Source of the DNA: a virus | Strand: one strand, 5' to 3' | IMG/VR virus record: IMGVR_UViG_3300044844_000506 | Span: 1 to 64,000 of that record | DNA length: 64,000 nucleotides | Shown here: piece by piece, positions 9,143 to 17,888 of the stretch | Layout: each line of letters opens with the position of its first letter | How positions within the stretch are numbered: the first letter of the stretch is position 1 | Made by a program: the position numbers and the translations under genes | The notes under the pieces: generated by a model | Told to the model about the DNA's origin: nothing | What the model saw: only the letters and a program-made list of their open reading frames with translations | Database searches by the model: none

Positions 9143-9540
9143 AGGGTTAGCTTCTCAAACTCATCGTTTTCGATGGTGTAGTAAACAGTGGAGATACTTT
9201 GCGATTTTAAGTATGCCTTGCATGACTTGCAGGGCGCACTCATTTTAGTTTGATTGAGTTTATTCAATCTGACATTAACAATAACTGATTCACTCAAATC
9301 TGCCCAGAACTTAGCTTTTCGTACAGCCTCATATTCAGCGTGTACTTTACTTCTTTCCAGATATCCAAATTTAATGTGAGAACAGCCATCACGTTTGTTT
9401 GTACCCCAAGTTAGGATTTTACCTCCCCATATCAAAAAACTGAAATGGTGATAGTTACCCCACTCAGGATGCAAATCTATGTTGTTTCTAGTTCTGCTGA
9501 AACGTAATGCTTCAGTCAGAATTTGCGGTTTTACTTTCAT
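9139..9540 (-). CDS. Cytidine/dCMP deaminase-fold protein
   Basis: HAE and SAPCxxC zinc motifs. Confidence 0.85.
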   Translation of the reverse strand: MKVKPQILTEALRFSRTRNNIDLHPEWGNYHHFSFLIWGGKILTWGTNKRDGCSHIKFGYLERSKVHAEYEAVRKAKFWADLSESVIVNVRLNKLNQTKMSAPCKSCKAYLKSQSISTVYYTIENDEFEKLTL

Positions 9541-9729
9541 CTACAGGTTCAAGATATGCATCCATATATTCCATGTACTCCGAAACGATGTAATCAATTT
9601 CAATTTGAATGGTTGCCATATCAAAGTGATTCTGAATGTATGGAATAATATCTTCTGCCTGATTTTCATCCTCAAGACGCTTATAGTACGGCTGAGTCTT
9701 GATGTATTCTAAGACATTAAAGGAGATAT

Positions 9730-10086
9730 TCAATTGTAGAACTCCAATCCATACCCGTTATTGTTAAACAATTCAATCAATTGTCGTTCTCTTTCCTTAT
9801 CAGAAATACAACGATCATCGTTGATACTCATAGCATTGTCTGCTAAAACATTATCAGAAGATCCATTAAATGTTTTAATAGTCAAAATGCTGGCTTTACC
9901 ATAATAATGCATTGGACTTTTTAAGTTATTCAACTCATCCCAAGAACACTTGGTACTCTGGTGAATAACATGACCTAAACAACAACCTTTCTGTTGTCCA
10001 CTAGACCACAAATAGGTTCTATCTGGATCATTACCTCTTTGCCACTTCTTACGATCAATGTGGAAAGTTTTAGTAAAGTTAGTCAT
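9730..10086 (-). CDS. Hypothetical protein, paralog A
   Basis: IDRKKWxRG...GCCLGHVIHQ shared with the next ORF. Confidence 0.8.
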   Translation of the reverse strand: MTNFTKTFHIDRKKWQRGNDPDRTYLWSSGQQKGCCLGHVIHQSTKCSWDELNNLKSPMHYYGKASILTIKTFNGSSDNVLADNAMSINDDRCISDKERERQLIELFNNNGYGLEFYN

Positions 10087-10088
10087 GG

Positions 10089-10460
10089 TTAGTTGTAGAA
10101 CTCCAAGTTGTACCCGTGACGATTAAACAAGTCCTTGAGATCCTTCTCTCGATCTTCGTCGGAGCACATAACATCGTCATTGATCAGCATAGCTTCTTGG
10201 GCCAATCTATTGTTTTCGAGAGAAACATAATCATCAAACGAGAACTCAGTGTCAACTGAGATCTCAGTTAACATCGAGGACTTCTTGTAGAACTTCTTAG
10301 GTTCCCCCAAACTTTCGAGATCATCCCAAGAACATTTGGTAGTTTGATGAATAACGTGCCCCAAACAGCACCCAGCTTTTCGATCAGCACACCAGAGTAA
10401 ATTTTCAGTGGTAGATTCGCCTCGCAACCACTTCTTACGATCAATACGGAAAGTTTTCAT
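10089..10460 (-). CDS. Hypothetical protein, paralog B
   Basis: Same motifs; both proteins end GYxLEFYN. Confidence 0.8.
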   Translation of the reverse strand: MKTFRIDRKKWLRGESTTENLLWCADRKAGCCLGHVIHQTTKCSWDDLESLGEPKKFYKKSSMLTEISVDTEFSFDDYVSLENNRLAQEAMLINDDVMCSDEDREKDLKDLFNRHGYNLEFYN

Positions 10461-10705
10461 TGGATCTCCATTTGATTGATGTGATTAATCATAGTTGAAG
10501 CGTAAGTGCTCATATCTTGCAAATACTTAAGAGCTTGATCCTTATCAAAAATCATGACTGAGTATTGTGGTCCAATGCACTTATCAGAATTATAATTGTG
10601 ATAAATTGCAATGTAAGAGAACTTACCATTGTCATCTTTGCCAACATTGTAAGAAATCTTACAATATTCATCACGACTTAAATCAACGTGAACTGAAGTT
10701 CTCAT
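10457..10705 (-). CDS. Hypothetical protein
   Basis: ATGA overlap with the downstream gene. Confidence 0.6.
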   Translation of the reverse strand: MRTSVHVDLSRDEYCKISYNVGKDDNGKFSYIAIYHNYNSDKCIGPQYSVMIFDKDQALKYLQDMSTYASTMINHINQMEIQ

Positions 10706-10707
10706 GT

Positions 10708-11169
10708 TTAGAAATTCCTCTTGAGGGTGTTTTGACTAATTGAGACAGGCCAAATATAAGGGATAGAAGGATCAGTAAATCCATCGAACAAAGGAAGATA
10801 AAAAGAATAATCTTTACGAAGAAGATTAGACTTGTGAGAATCGTGGAATTGTTGGTTGCCTAACCACCAAGGAAATTCCAGATAGTTATTGTTAATTTGA
10901 ATATGTTGCTTGGAAGTATTGATCTTAGCACGATTAATACTTTCAGTCAACATAATGTTACGATAGTGTGCAAGAGCTAATTCATAACCCTTCCACATGA
11001 TAACAGCAGGATGATTCTTCCATCCTGTTCTGGGCTTTCCAGTCTTTGTAGGACGATCTAAAAGAGCGTCCAAGATCTGATCAGCCTCAACTACTTGCTT
11101 CCAAAGTCTTTTCTTATCAAGAACTTTGGCAGACTGAGCAAAACTTGCATACGGAAGAAATGTTTGCAT
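10708..11169 (-). CDS. Pyrimidine-dimer DNA glycosylase/DenV-fold protein (MSMEG_6728-like)
   Basis: MQTFLPY...LDxKRLxKQxVE...GWxNHPAVxMW...HxSNLLRKD...YxWP. Confidence 0.85.
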   Translation of the reverse strand: MQTFLPYASFAQSAKVLDKKRLWKQVVEADQILDALLDRPTKTGKPRTGWKNHPAVIMWKGYELALAHYRNIMLTESINRAKINTSKQHIQINNNYLEFPWWLGNQQFHDSHKSNLLRKDYSFYLPLFDGFTDPSIPYIWPVSISQNTLKRNF

Positions 11170-11171
11170 CG

Positions 11172-11396
11172 TTATTCTCCAGAAGGAGCATTATCCATAT
11201 CTTTGTAGCTCATGTATTTTTCCCAATCCTCATCCGTGGAACCAGAGATAATAAATTCTCTCTGAGAAGGAGTTAGATTAGGCCAAACATCTTGCGCCAA
11301 TTCTCCTCGACGCCATCTCTGTAGTTCTTCTTGAGTTACAGGAAGATCCATAGAGTTAGTTCTATTAGTAAAAGGTGACTTGCGAACGATGATCAT
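11172..11396 (-). CDS. Conserved small phage protein
   Basis: RKSP...MDLPVT...PNLTxxQREFIxSG motif. Confidence 0.75.
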   Translation of the reverse strand: MIIVRKSPFTNRTNSMDLPVTQEELQRWRRGELAQDVWPNLTPSQREFIISGSTDEDWEKYMSYKDMDNAPSGE

Positions 11397-11428
11397 AATG
11401 TTTGTTTAGTTGTAAAAGAAAGTTGTAT

Positions 11429-11504
11429 TGGTGAGACTGGAGGGGATCGAACCCTCGACCAAAAGATTAAAAGTCTTTTGCTCTACCAACTGAGCTACAG
11501 TCTC
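11429..11504 (-). tRNA. tRNA-Lys(UUU)
   Basis: Cloverleaf GAGACTG...; anticodon loop CT TTT AA; TTCGA; encoded CCA. Confidence 0.95.
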
Positions 11505-11513
11505 ATTTTGTAT

Positions 11514-11590
11514 TGGTATCCCCAACTGGACTTGAACCAGTAACCAACAGATTAGAAATCTGTTGCTCTATCCAATTGAGCTATGGGGAC
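11514..11590 (-). tRNA. tRNA-Arg(UCU)
   Basis: Cloverleaf GTCCCCA...; anticodon loop TT TCT AA; encoded CCA. Confidence 0.95.
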
Positions 11591-11595
11591 TTGTT

Positions 11596-11745
11596 TCAGA
11601 TCCCTACGTTTAAAGGGATGATTTCCCAACGCACATTCTTAAATTCGTGCTTTTCTGCGAAAGACTCAGCACTCAACTCAGAATAAAATGGTCCATAAGC
11701 ACGATGACCAGTCTGAGGATCTCCGATAATAAGAATGTATTGCAT
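11596..11745 (-). CDS. Small protein between tRNAs (MQYILIIGDP...YGPF)
   Basis: ORF trimmed to the ATG outside tRNA-Leu. Confidence 0.55.
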   Translation of the reverse strand: MQYILIIGDPQTGHRAYGPFYSELSAESFAEKHEFKNVRWEIIPLNVGI

Positions 11746-11754
11746 AGGATTGTT

Positions 11755-11840
11755 TGGTAGTCTTGGTGGGAATCGAACCCACACGAACAATGTTCTTCAG
11801 ATTTTAAGTCTGATGCGTCTGCCAATTCCGCCACAAGACC
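11755..11840 (-). tRNA. tRNA-Leu(UAA)
   Basis: Class II cloverleaf with long variable arm; anticodon loop CT TAA AA; CCA. Confidence 0.95.
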
Positions 11841-11855
11841 AATTTAAATTAAGGG

Positions 11856-11947
11856 GGTAAGTGCCCCGACTGCACTTACCTATAATGCGCCCTTTGTCGG
11901 TCCCATTTACGTTTAATGGTTTAAAGGCTCCCGCTTTTCCCAGCGAG
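11856..11947 (-). ncRNA. Unassigned structured RNA with a probable pseudoknot
   Basis: Hairpin CTCGCT/AGCGGG; stem GCCTTT/AAAGGGC enclosing CCATT/AATGG and unpaired CCGAC; 9-bp hairpin GGTAAGTGC/GCACTTACC with a GTCGG loop complementary to CCGAC. Confidence 0.6.
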
Positions 11948-11950
11948 GTC

Positions 11951-12036
11951 GCTATCCCCAGAAACTCAATAATGTTTCATATTGAGTTTCTGGACGCACT
12001 GAGCTTAGTAGCCTATTTATACTCGCTCAGTCGAGT
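11951..12036 (-). ncRNA. Pistol self-cleaving ribozyme
   Basis: P1 ACTCG/CGAGT; loop ACTGAG pairs with CTCAGT (pseudoknot); ATAAATAG linker; P2 GCTA/TAGC; CTAAG; conserved GCG; long P3; scissile dinucleotide G-A at 11956/11955. Confidence 0.88.
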
Positions 12037-12041
12037 GCAAA

Positions 12042-12548
12042 TCATTCTTCGTCGGAATCCTTGGAAGAACCAACACGTTCTGCACTAATTGACTTGTAAG
12101 CAGCGAGAGAATTCTCGTAAACATTCTTCAGACGGTGATATTCATCGTCTTCAATGTTGGTAGCAACAATGAGATCTTCATCAATAATAACATCTTCAAG
12201 AGCGAGAGATGCAATCCGATCATTGATCGAAGTGATCAGACCAGAATAGTTCTTGGAAGTGTAGTTGATAAAATCGTAACGAGCTTGAAGCATTGACAGC
12301 TTCGCACTGGTGCAACGAATCTTATAATTCAATCCAAGAGTCGAGTTACCGAGAAGAACAGAAGTCTTGTTCTTTTCAGTGATCAGCTTGTTCTTTGCTT
12401 CGAACAGAGGCTGAAGTTCTTCACGATTAACAGCATTGTTGAGCTTTTCCTTATCGGAGAGCTTCTTGATGCGTTCTTCCAGTTCAGCACGAATCTGTTC
12501 AGGGGAACGCTTGTTGTATTGACGCTTAGGTTCAGAAAAGGTTGTCAT
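12042..12548 (-). CDS. Coiled-coil hypothetical protein, first gene after element B
   Basis: 168-aa helical ORF. Confidence 0.75.
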   Translation of the reverse strand: MTTFSEPKRQYNKRSPEQIRAELEERIKKLSDKEKLNNAVNREELQPLFEAKNKLITEKNKTSVLLGNSTLGLNYKIRCTSAKLSMLQARYDFINYTSKNYSGLITSINDRIASLALEDVIIDEDLIVATNIEDDEYHRLKNVYENSLAAYKSISAERVGSSKDSDEE

Positions 12549-12682
12549 GGTTAGTTTTGGTTAGTTAAGACAGGTTAGAAACGTGAATCAGACACGCCAC
12601 ATCATATGCCCGAAACAACCGGATCGTACAAGATTTTGGGATAAATCTGCGAAGTGTTTTGGGCGTTGGATGCACTACGAGT

Positions 12683-12803
12683 GGGTCGTACTCCGCGCTC
12701 CAACGTGACAGGAAAGCGTAGGAGTTTTGCGAGCGCACGCAAGTGCATGATGCACAAGGACTTATGCACGCGCACGGCGCGCTCGTTAGCCCGTCGTTAG
12801 GTC
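12683..12803 (-). promoter_or_regulatory. GC-rich element B: putative ECF-type promoter + degenerate palindrome + CG run
   Basis: Homologous to element A. CAAGT-GC-ATG-N5-CAA-GG-ACTTA at 12740-12764. Confidence 0.65.
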
Positions 12804-14236
12804 GCGGACCTGCCTAGCTTTTTTTCACTATTAACTACTGAGAAAGAAAGTTTGTTGTTGACTACTGTAAAACGAACAAAGTCTTTCGCAGAGATAGTCT
12901 TTTCTAAGATTGCAGAAGCAAGTGGGACACCAACATTGTTCTGAATAAATCTTCTAATGTTTCTTGCACCAAACTTAGAACAGTCTGCGTTATCTAAAAT
13001 ATAATCAATTAGATCTGGAGTGGGAATTACATTGTATTTTGGATTTAGTTCCAGCTTAGTAATCTTTTCCAAATCTTTTCTAGTCAAATCATTGACTACA
13101 AAGATGGCATCTAGACGATTTAGAAACTCCATTCTAAACCTGTTTTCTAGCCCCCCTATAATTTCTGATTCGGTCTGGGTAGTAACTTTAATATCTTTTA
13201 CTAGACCGATGATGTCATCTGCTTTTTTATAATGAATAGATTCATTTGAAGTAAAGATGAACAATGATTCTTTGAAATCAAGGTCTTTACCGGAAGCATC
13301 TTTAATTACACCCTTGTCTAACAAATTAAGTAAGGCATCGAACAACTTATCATCTGCCTTTTCAATTTCATCAAAAATAAAGACATGAGCATTAGATTCC
13401 TCAGCCTTTTGGGCTAGAAGACTAGGTTCATTAGATCCCACATAACCTGGAGGAGAACCTAATAGGGTTGATTTCTCATGCTTATCAGACATTGCACCAC
13501 AAGGGATTTTTACAACTCTTCCATTGTAGTACTTTTCTGCAATACATTCAGCAAGATAAGTCTTTCCTCGTCCAGTCTTGCCGACAAAGAAGAAAGAGAG
13601 ATAATCTGCAAATCCTGCCTCCTTCAGCTTAAGGTGATCAATAACTTTATTGATAGTATTGTCTTGTCCAATAACCTTTAAGTGGAGGTAATTCTTTAAT
13701 TCGTTGATTCGTCTGATGGAGGGATTTCGTTTTTTTGACTTTTTGACCCCACCCAAATTTTTTTCATCGTCTCCGAATTCGATGACGTTGAGAGTATTTC
13801 CATTTTGATCCATTTTAACGCTAATACTCTTCATCTCAGGATTCACCAATTGATGAATCTTGAAATTCATAATACCACAGATCTGTTCTAAACTAAACTG
13901 AGGATAAACTTTTGTGATCTCACGGTACAGGACACCGTAAATCTTACTTTCTTCCTTCTTGGAAAGTTCACTACCCTCAGGCAAAGATGCTTCAATATCT
14001 GAAATAATCTCGTCCAAGTTCTCTAGTAAGTCTTTTACTAGCCACTTCTTGTAAATGTCTACATCAAGGTTCTTACCCATTGAGATGATCATTTCTGTGA
14101 TCTTCTTCTGGATTTCACCTTGATGTATTAACTTGATAACTTTAATTACTAATACTGATTTTAATTCTTTGCAGACAATTCTGTAGTTGTTATTCATCTG
14201 AGTCGAAGTCTTCGAAGTTAAATGATGTTGTGTCAT
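12797..14236 (-). CDS. ClpA/ClpB-type AAA+ ATPase (second nucleotide-binding domain only)
   Basis: VIGQD, GKTGRGKT, GSPPGYVG, IFDEIEKA, FTSN, EFLNRLD, GARNIRR. Confidence 0.9.
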   Translation of the reverse strand: MTQHHLTSKTSTQMNNNYRIVCKELKSVLVIKVIKLIHQGEIQKKITEMIISMGKNLDVDIYKKWLVKDLLENLDEIISDIEASLPEGSELSKKEESKIYGVLYREITKVYPQFSLEQICGIMNFKIHQLVNPEMKSISVKMDQNGNTLNVIEFGDDEKNLGGVKKSKKRNPSIRRINELKNYLHLKVIGQDNTINKVIDHLKLKEAGFADYLSFFFVGKTGRGKTYLAECIAEKYYNGRVVKIPCGAMSDKHEKSTLLGSPPGYVGSNEPSLLAQKAEESNAHVFIFDEIEKADDKLFDALLNLLDKGVIKDASGKDLDFKESLFIFTSNESIHYKKADDIIGLVKDIKVTTQTESEIIGGLENRFRMEFLNRLDAIFVVNDLTRKDLEKITKLELNPKYNVIPTPDLIDYILDNADCSKFGARNIRRFIQNNVGVPLASAILEKTISAKDFVRFTVVNNKLSFSVVNSEKKLGRSAT

Positions 14237-14567
14237 CTTGTTCTTGTTCTGTTTCTTCTGAATTCTTTCGGTCTTTTATCGCAAGTTTAGTTTCAGCCTT
14301 GATTGCCATTTCGATACCTCTAATGGCTTTCTCTCTAGACTGCGCTGCTAGTTTCAAACAGTCTACCATGCACTGTTCGGCTTTTGATACAACTTCACGC
14401 ATCTCTCTATCAGCATGAAATGTATCTACTTTATCTTTAAAGTAGCGAAAAGCCTCTAAAGCGCACTTACGATCTTCAAAAGATTCTTCAATTAAATTCT
14501 TGGCAATCTTATGAATTCTGTTCTTAGTAAGTGGTGACTTTTTTAGATTGTAATTTGAAACCATCAA
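14190..14567 (-). CDS. Hypothetical helical protein
   Basis: 125-aa ORF. Confidence 0.65.
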   Translation of the reverse strand: MMVSNYNLKKSPLTKNRIHKIAKNLIEESFEDRKCALEAFRYFKDKVDTFHADREMREVVSKAEQCMVDCLKLAAQSREKAIRGIEMAIKAETKLAIKDRKNSEETEQEQDDTTSFNFEDFDSDE

Positions 14568-14781
14568 TAAACTCCTCCTCTGATAGCAGAGGGTACTTGT
14601 TGTAAAGCCAGAAATAATAATAATCTTCTGACTTCTTATCCAATCCTTGATTATATTTTAACATGAAGTATTGGAATGTCTCACAATAGTCTGCCATAGT
14701 AGGCTCAAAGCCTAATGATGGACTATTAGAGGGAAAGAATGTTGTAGTAAAATTTAACTTACAGTCAAGATATGTCTTCAT
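14524..14781 (-). CDS. Hypothetical protein
   Basis: 85-aa ORF in a packed run. Confidence 0.55.
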   Translation of the reverse strand: MKTYLDCKLNFTTTFFPSNSPSLGFEPTMADYCETFQYFMLKYNQGLDKKSEDYYYFWLYNKYPLLSEEEFIDGFKLQSKKVTTY

Positions 14782-14939
14782 CTGTATCTTCTTGTTCGTT
14801 TTTATTTCCCCAAGAGAAGTCTACATCTCCGTCTCTCTCTTTGGGTTTATTCTTTTTGCCAGCAAACTTGGCTGGTCGAGATCTCTTTTTGGAGCCTCTA
14901 TGCTCCCATCCCTTTGAACCATCACTATCTTTAAATGAC

Positions 14940-15185
14940 TTACTCATCTTGCATATCACTAAATTTTAATTTTTTAACCGCATTTATTGAATCATTATGC
15001 ATTTTAAGTTTATTATCCACAGCGGATTGATATTCTTCCACTATGCGTTTAAACTCAGTTTGTAAAATATACCACTCAGATAGTCGCACAAACTTTGTGG
15101 ACCCAAATATAGATAGTATAAAATTGAGTGGAGATTCAATTAAAGTTAAAAAATGAAAGATTAAATTAAACTTATAAGTCTTCAT
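14940..15185 (-). CDS. Hypothetical protein
   Basis: 81-aa ORF. Confidence 0.55.
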   Translation of the reverse strand: MKTYKFNLIFHFLTLIESPLNFILSIFGSTKFVRLSEWYILQTEFKRIVEEYQSAVDNKLKMHNDSINAVKKLKFSDMQDE

Positions 15186-15299
15186 AGGGAAAGTGTCCCC
15201 CCGTCTAAAAATAATTCACGGTTTGGTAGCATCGTAGCTTTAACCCGAATGATTTGTATGATATCCTCAGACATCACCTTTGTCATTCCTATTAGGATC

Positions 15300-15539
15300 T
15301 CACATTTCTAGTGTGCCAGCTTGCATACGAGCCTCAAAAGCTCTCTGGCGACCTTCCGAAGTATCTCCGAACTCTGACTTCTCATTCTTAGTCATTCGGA
15401 ATCTCTTACCAGTGGACTTTCGGTATTCCTCTGGATCAGCAAAAGATGCTGTGGAAGGCTTGGGTTGAGTCTTTTGGACTGGCTTGGTAGCATTGTCAAA
15501 TGCTTGGTCGATTGCGTTCATAATTTGATTGTTATCCAT
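15300..15539 (-). CDS. Hypothetical protein (TGKRFRMTK motif)
   Basis: AAGGAG RBS. Confidence 0.7.
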   Translation of the reverse strand: MDNNQIMNAIDQAFDNATKPVQKTQPKPSTASFADPEEYRKSTGKRFRMTKNEKSEFGDTSEGRQRAFEARMQAGTLEM

Positions 15540-15567
15540 TGTAGTGTCTCCTTTGAGGACATTTTAA

Positions 15568-16542
15568 TTATATGCCACCTATGCCTAAATTAGTTAACTC
15601 AGGGATAATAAATTTACCTTCGTTAAAATCTGATTCTTGGAACTTCTTTCCTGAAGATATGTGAGTGTACCAAGCTGCTGATTTAGTAAGAATACCTTCT
15701 GAAACAAGAGCGGGTAAGATACCATATAGTGGATCTAAACCTGTGTTGTAAATCAACTTAAAGTCACATTCCTTAAATGGGATAGCTAACTTGTTCTTGG
15801 TATTACGGATAGTACCCTTGATACCAATAGGATCATCACCTTCCTTAATAAGGTCAGATGTCTTGTTGGATACAACTTTGTATGTACCAGCACAGTAGTA
15901 TTCTAGACTCTTACCACCACCAGATCTAGTCTCAGGATTACCATACATAACTCCTGGCTTTAATCTTACTTGGTTGATTAGTACTAGCCCTACTCTGTTC
16001 TTCTTTAGAATAGGATTGATGTGACGTAAGCATTGACCGATCTCTTTAGCTCTTACTGCACCATCCATGTTATCAAATTCATTGATATCCTTAGATGCCT
16101 CTTTGTCTGACTGACCTGCCATAGAGTCAAGTCCGATAAAGATAGGAGTATCTTTGTCTTTCTCACGAATCTCTAGGATGATCTCCTCCATCTTGGCGAA
16201 GCACTTGGGGACAGTATCAGGATCGTCGTAGATCAGCTTGCTGGAGTCAACCCCGAAGATCTTGGCGAACTCTGCGTTGTACGCGAACTCGTTATCAAGG
16301 AGGACTGTGTACCAACCTTTCTTCTGAGCCTCTGCAAATGCATGAGTTAAAAATACTGTCTTGCCTGTTGAGCTATCTCCCATAATCTCAGAGATATAAC
16401 CGATGGGCCAACCACCGTTTAATCTTCCTGATACAATACGGTTTAATGCATAACTTCCTGTATGCACAAACTCTACCACTTGATCCTTCTCAGCTAGTGT
16501 TCTAGCACTAGTTAAGCGTTTAATTAGTTCTTCATTAATCAT
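15568..16542 (-). CDS. uvsX: RecA/UvsX recombinase
   Basis: TGSYALN, GDSSTGKT, LINQVR, SGGGKSLEYY, KNK..PFK. Confidence 0.93.
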   Translation of the reverse strand: MINEELIKRLTSARTLAEKDQVVEFVHTGSYALNRIVSGRLNGGWPIGYISEIMGDSSTGKTVFLTHAFAEAQKKGWYTVLLDNEFAYNAEFAKIFGVDSSKLIYDDPDTVPKCFAKMEEIILEIREKDKDTPIFIGLDSMAGQSDKEASKDINEFDNMDGAVRAKEIGQCLRHINPILKKNRVGLVLINQVRLKPGVMYGNPETRSGGGKSLEYYCAGTYKVVSNKTSDLIKEGDDPIGIKGTIRNTKNKLAIPFKECDFKLIYNTGLDPLYGILPALVSEGILTKSAAWYTHISSGKKFQESDFNEGKFIIPELTNLGIGGI

Positions 16543-16868
16543 CTATTATCTCCACTTCCCTTCAGTTTATTTTCATCCATCCGCTTTTGTAACTTTGCTA
16601 GGTTATCCTGAGCAATTACATCTAAATTTAAATCTAGCTCTGATGCTAGTTGACTGATGTACCATAAACAGTCCCCTAATTCTTTTCCAATAGCCAAGTC
16701 ATCCTCGGTAGTTCGAATATTGTTTTTATCTCGTTCAATCTTCTTGAACTTATCAGCTACTTCTCCTACTTCAGAGAATAGCCCTTTTAAAGGATATTCA
16801 TAATTAGTTCCGATATTAGGATAAATAGCGTACTGCTTTGCTAAAAATTGGTATCTAAGAAAGTCCAT
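16539..16868 (-). CDS. mazG: MazG-like nucleotide pyrophosphohydrolase
   Basis: GLxSEVGEV..KKIxRD, ELGDxLWY, NLxKLxxR...GSGDNR. Confidence 0.9.
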   Translation of the reverse strand: MDFLRYQFLAKQYAIYPNIGTNYEYPLKGLFSEVGEVADKFKKIERDKNNIRTTEDDLAIGKELGDCLWYISQLASELDLNLDVIAQDNLAKLQKRMDENKLKGSGDNR

Positions 16869-17055
16869 TGTTTTGTCTTGCGTTGTCTATTACTTCTTGT
16901 ACACGATTATAACAAGATAGCGAACATACATAAGCCTTGGTATAAGGATCAAACATCTGTGTAGATGTATGGCAATATGTACATGGTCTTACGGATATCG
17001 CCTTAACGACGATACCCTCCTCCAAGTGTTCTGGGAGAAAGGGTAACTTTGTCAT
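16855..17055 (-). CDS. Small Zn-binding protein
   Basis: CxxC...CSxxC. Confidence 0.55.
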   Translation of the reverse strand: MTKLPFLPEHLEEGIVVKAISVRPCTYCHTSTQMFDPYTKAYVCSLSCYNRVQEVIDNARQNNGLS

Positions 17056-17135
17056 AAAATATTATATCCAACTGTCAGTATTATTTTGCTTAATTAGAAA
17101 ATTTAGTACTTATTTCTGTATCAAATCTATGTATA

Positions 17136-17888
17136 TTAATTCATGTTCCTTGTTTTGTTAAAATAAATATTCTCATTTTTCTCATAAAGTTTTCTAACAT
17201 TTTCTGAGATTTTATCCCCAAAATAATGAAATTGGTGTAAAACAGATACATCATCAATTAACTTTAAATTTAACTTAGCTTTAGTTAATTTGTAGACAAG
17301 ATCATCATCATCATACGCAATGCCATATGCGTATTCTCTAGAAAAATTTTTTATTTTTTGTAAATTAACTCTATTCGTTGCGGCACAAAAATGATAAAAA
17401 GCTGGCCTATGTTTAGAGTGAGCATACCAACCATCATCACCTGCAAAACGATGCGTCCTTTGATAAAAATCATTTTTTGTTCTTATTTTATCCACCGAAT
17501 TATCTTTTGATAGAGAATAACAGGAATACGCAAAATAATCATTATCTTGTAAATTTAATAGTGTATGTGTTATAACATCATCAAAATGATAACATTCAGG
17601 ATTTTGAATTATGATTATATCATTTTCTGAGTATTCTATTCCTACATTGTAAGGAATACATGGGTTAACATACCATTTATTTTGAGGCAACTGCACATAG
17701 GTTATGGGGAACTCAAATATTTTTTCCTTACCCTCTAATAATGTAGACCCATCATCAACTATAACTGTCTGAATGTCGTTGTGCCCATGTTTTTTGTATA
17801 TACTATATAATGTATTGTACAATAAATGAAATCTATTGTAATGAGCCATGACTATTGAAATTTGTTTTTTCATATGTAAAAAAATCAA
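17136..17888 (-). CDS. Glycosyltransferase family 2
   Basis: SIVMAHYNR, IVDDGS, YNVG, GIAYDDDD, HQFH. Confidence 0.9.
   Translation of the reverse strand: MIFLHMKKQISIVMAHYNRFHLLYNTLYSIYKKHGHNDIQTVIVDDGSTLLEGKEKIFEFPITYVQLPQNKWYVNPCIPYNVGIEYSENDIIIIQNPECYHFDDVITHTLLNLQDNDYFAYSCYSLSKDNSVDKIRTKNDFYQRTHRFAGDDGWYAHSKHRPAFYHFCAATNRVNLQKIKNFSREYAYGIAYDDDDLVYKLTKAKLNLKLIDDVSVLHQFHYFGDKISENVRKLYEKNENIYFNKTRNMN

Noticed and set aside
11400-11760. Theta (HDV-like) ribozymes at tRNA 3' ends
   Set aside because: The trailers are short, AT-rich and unstructured, and all tRNAs encode CCA.
12014-12021. TATAAATA late promoter upstream of the tRNAs
   Set aside because: It coincides with the conserved pistol linker, so the ribozyme explains it. 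Dual use cannot be excluded but has no support.
11861-12088. 75-aa plus-strand ORF
   Set aside because: It is antisense to the pistol ribozyme and the structured RNA, which explain the sequence better.
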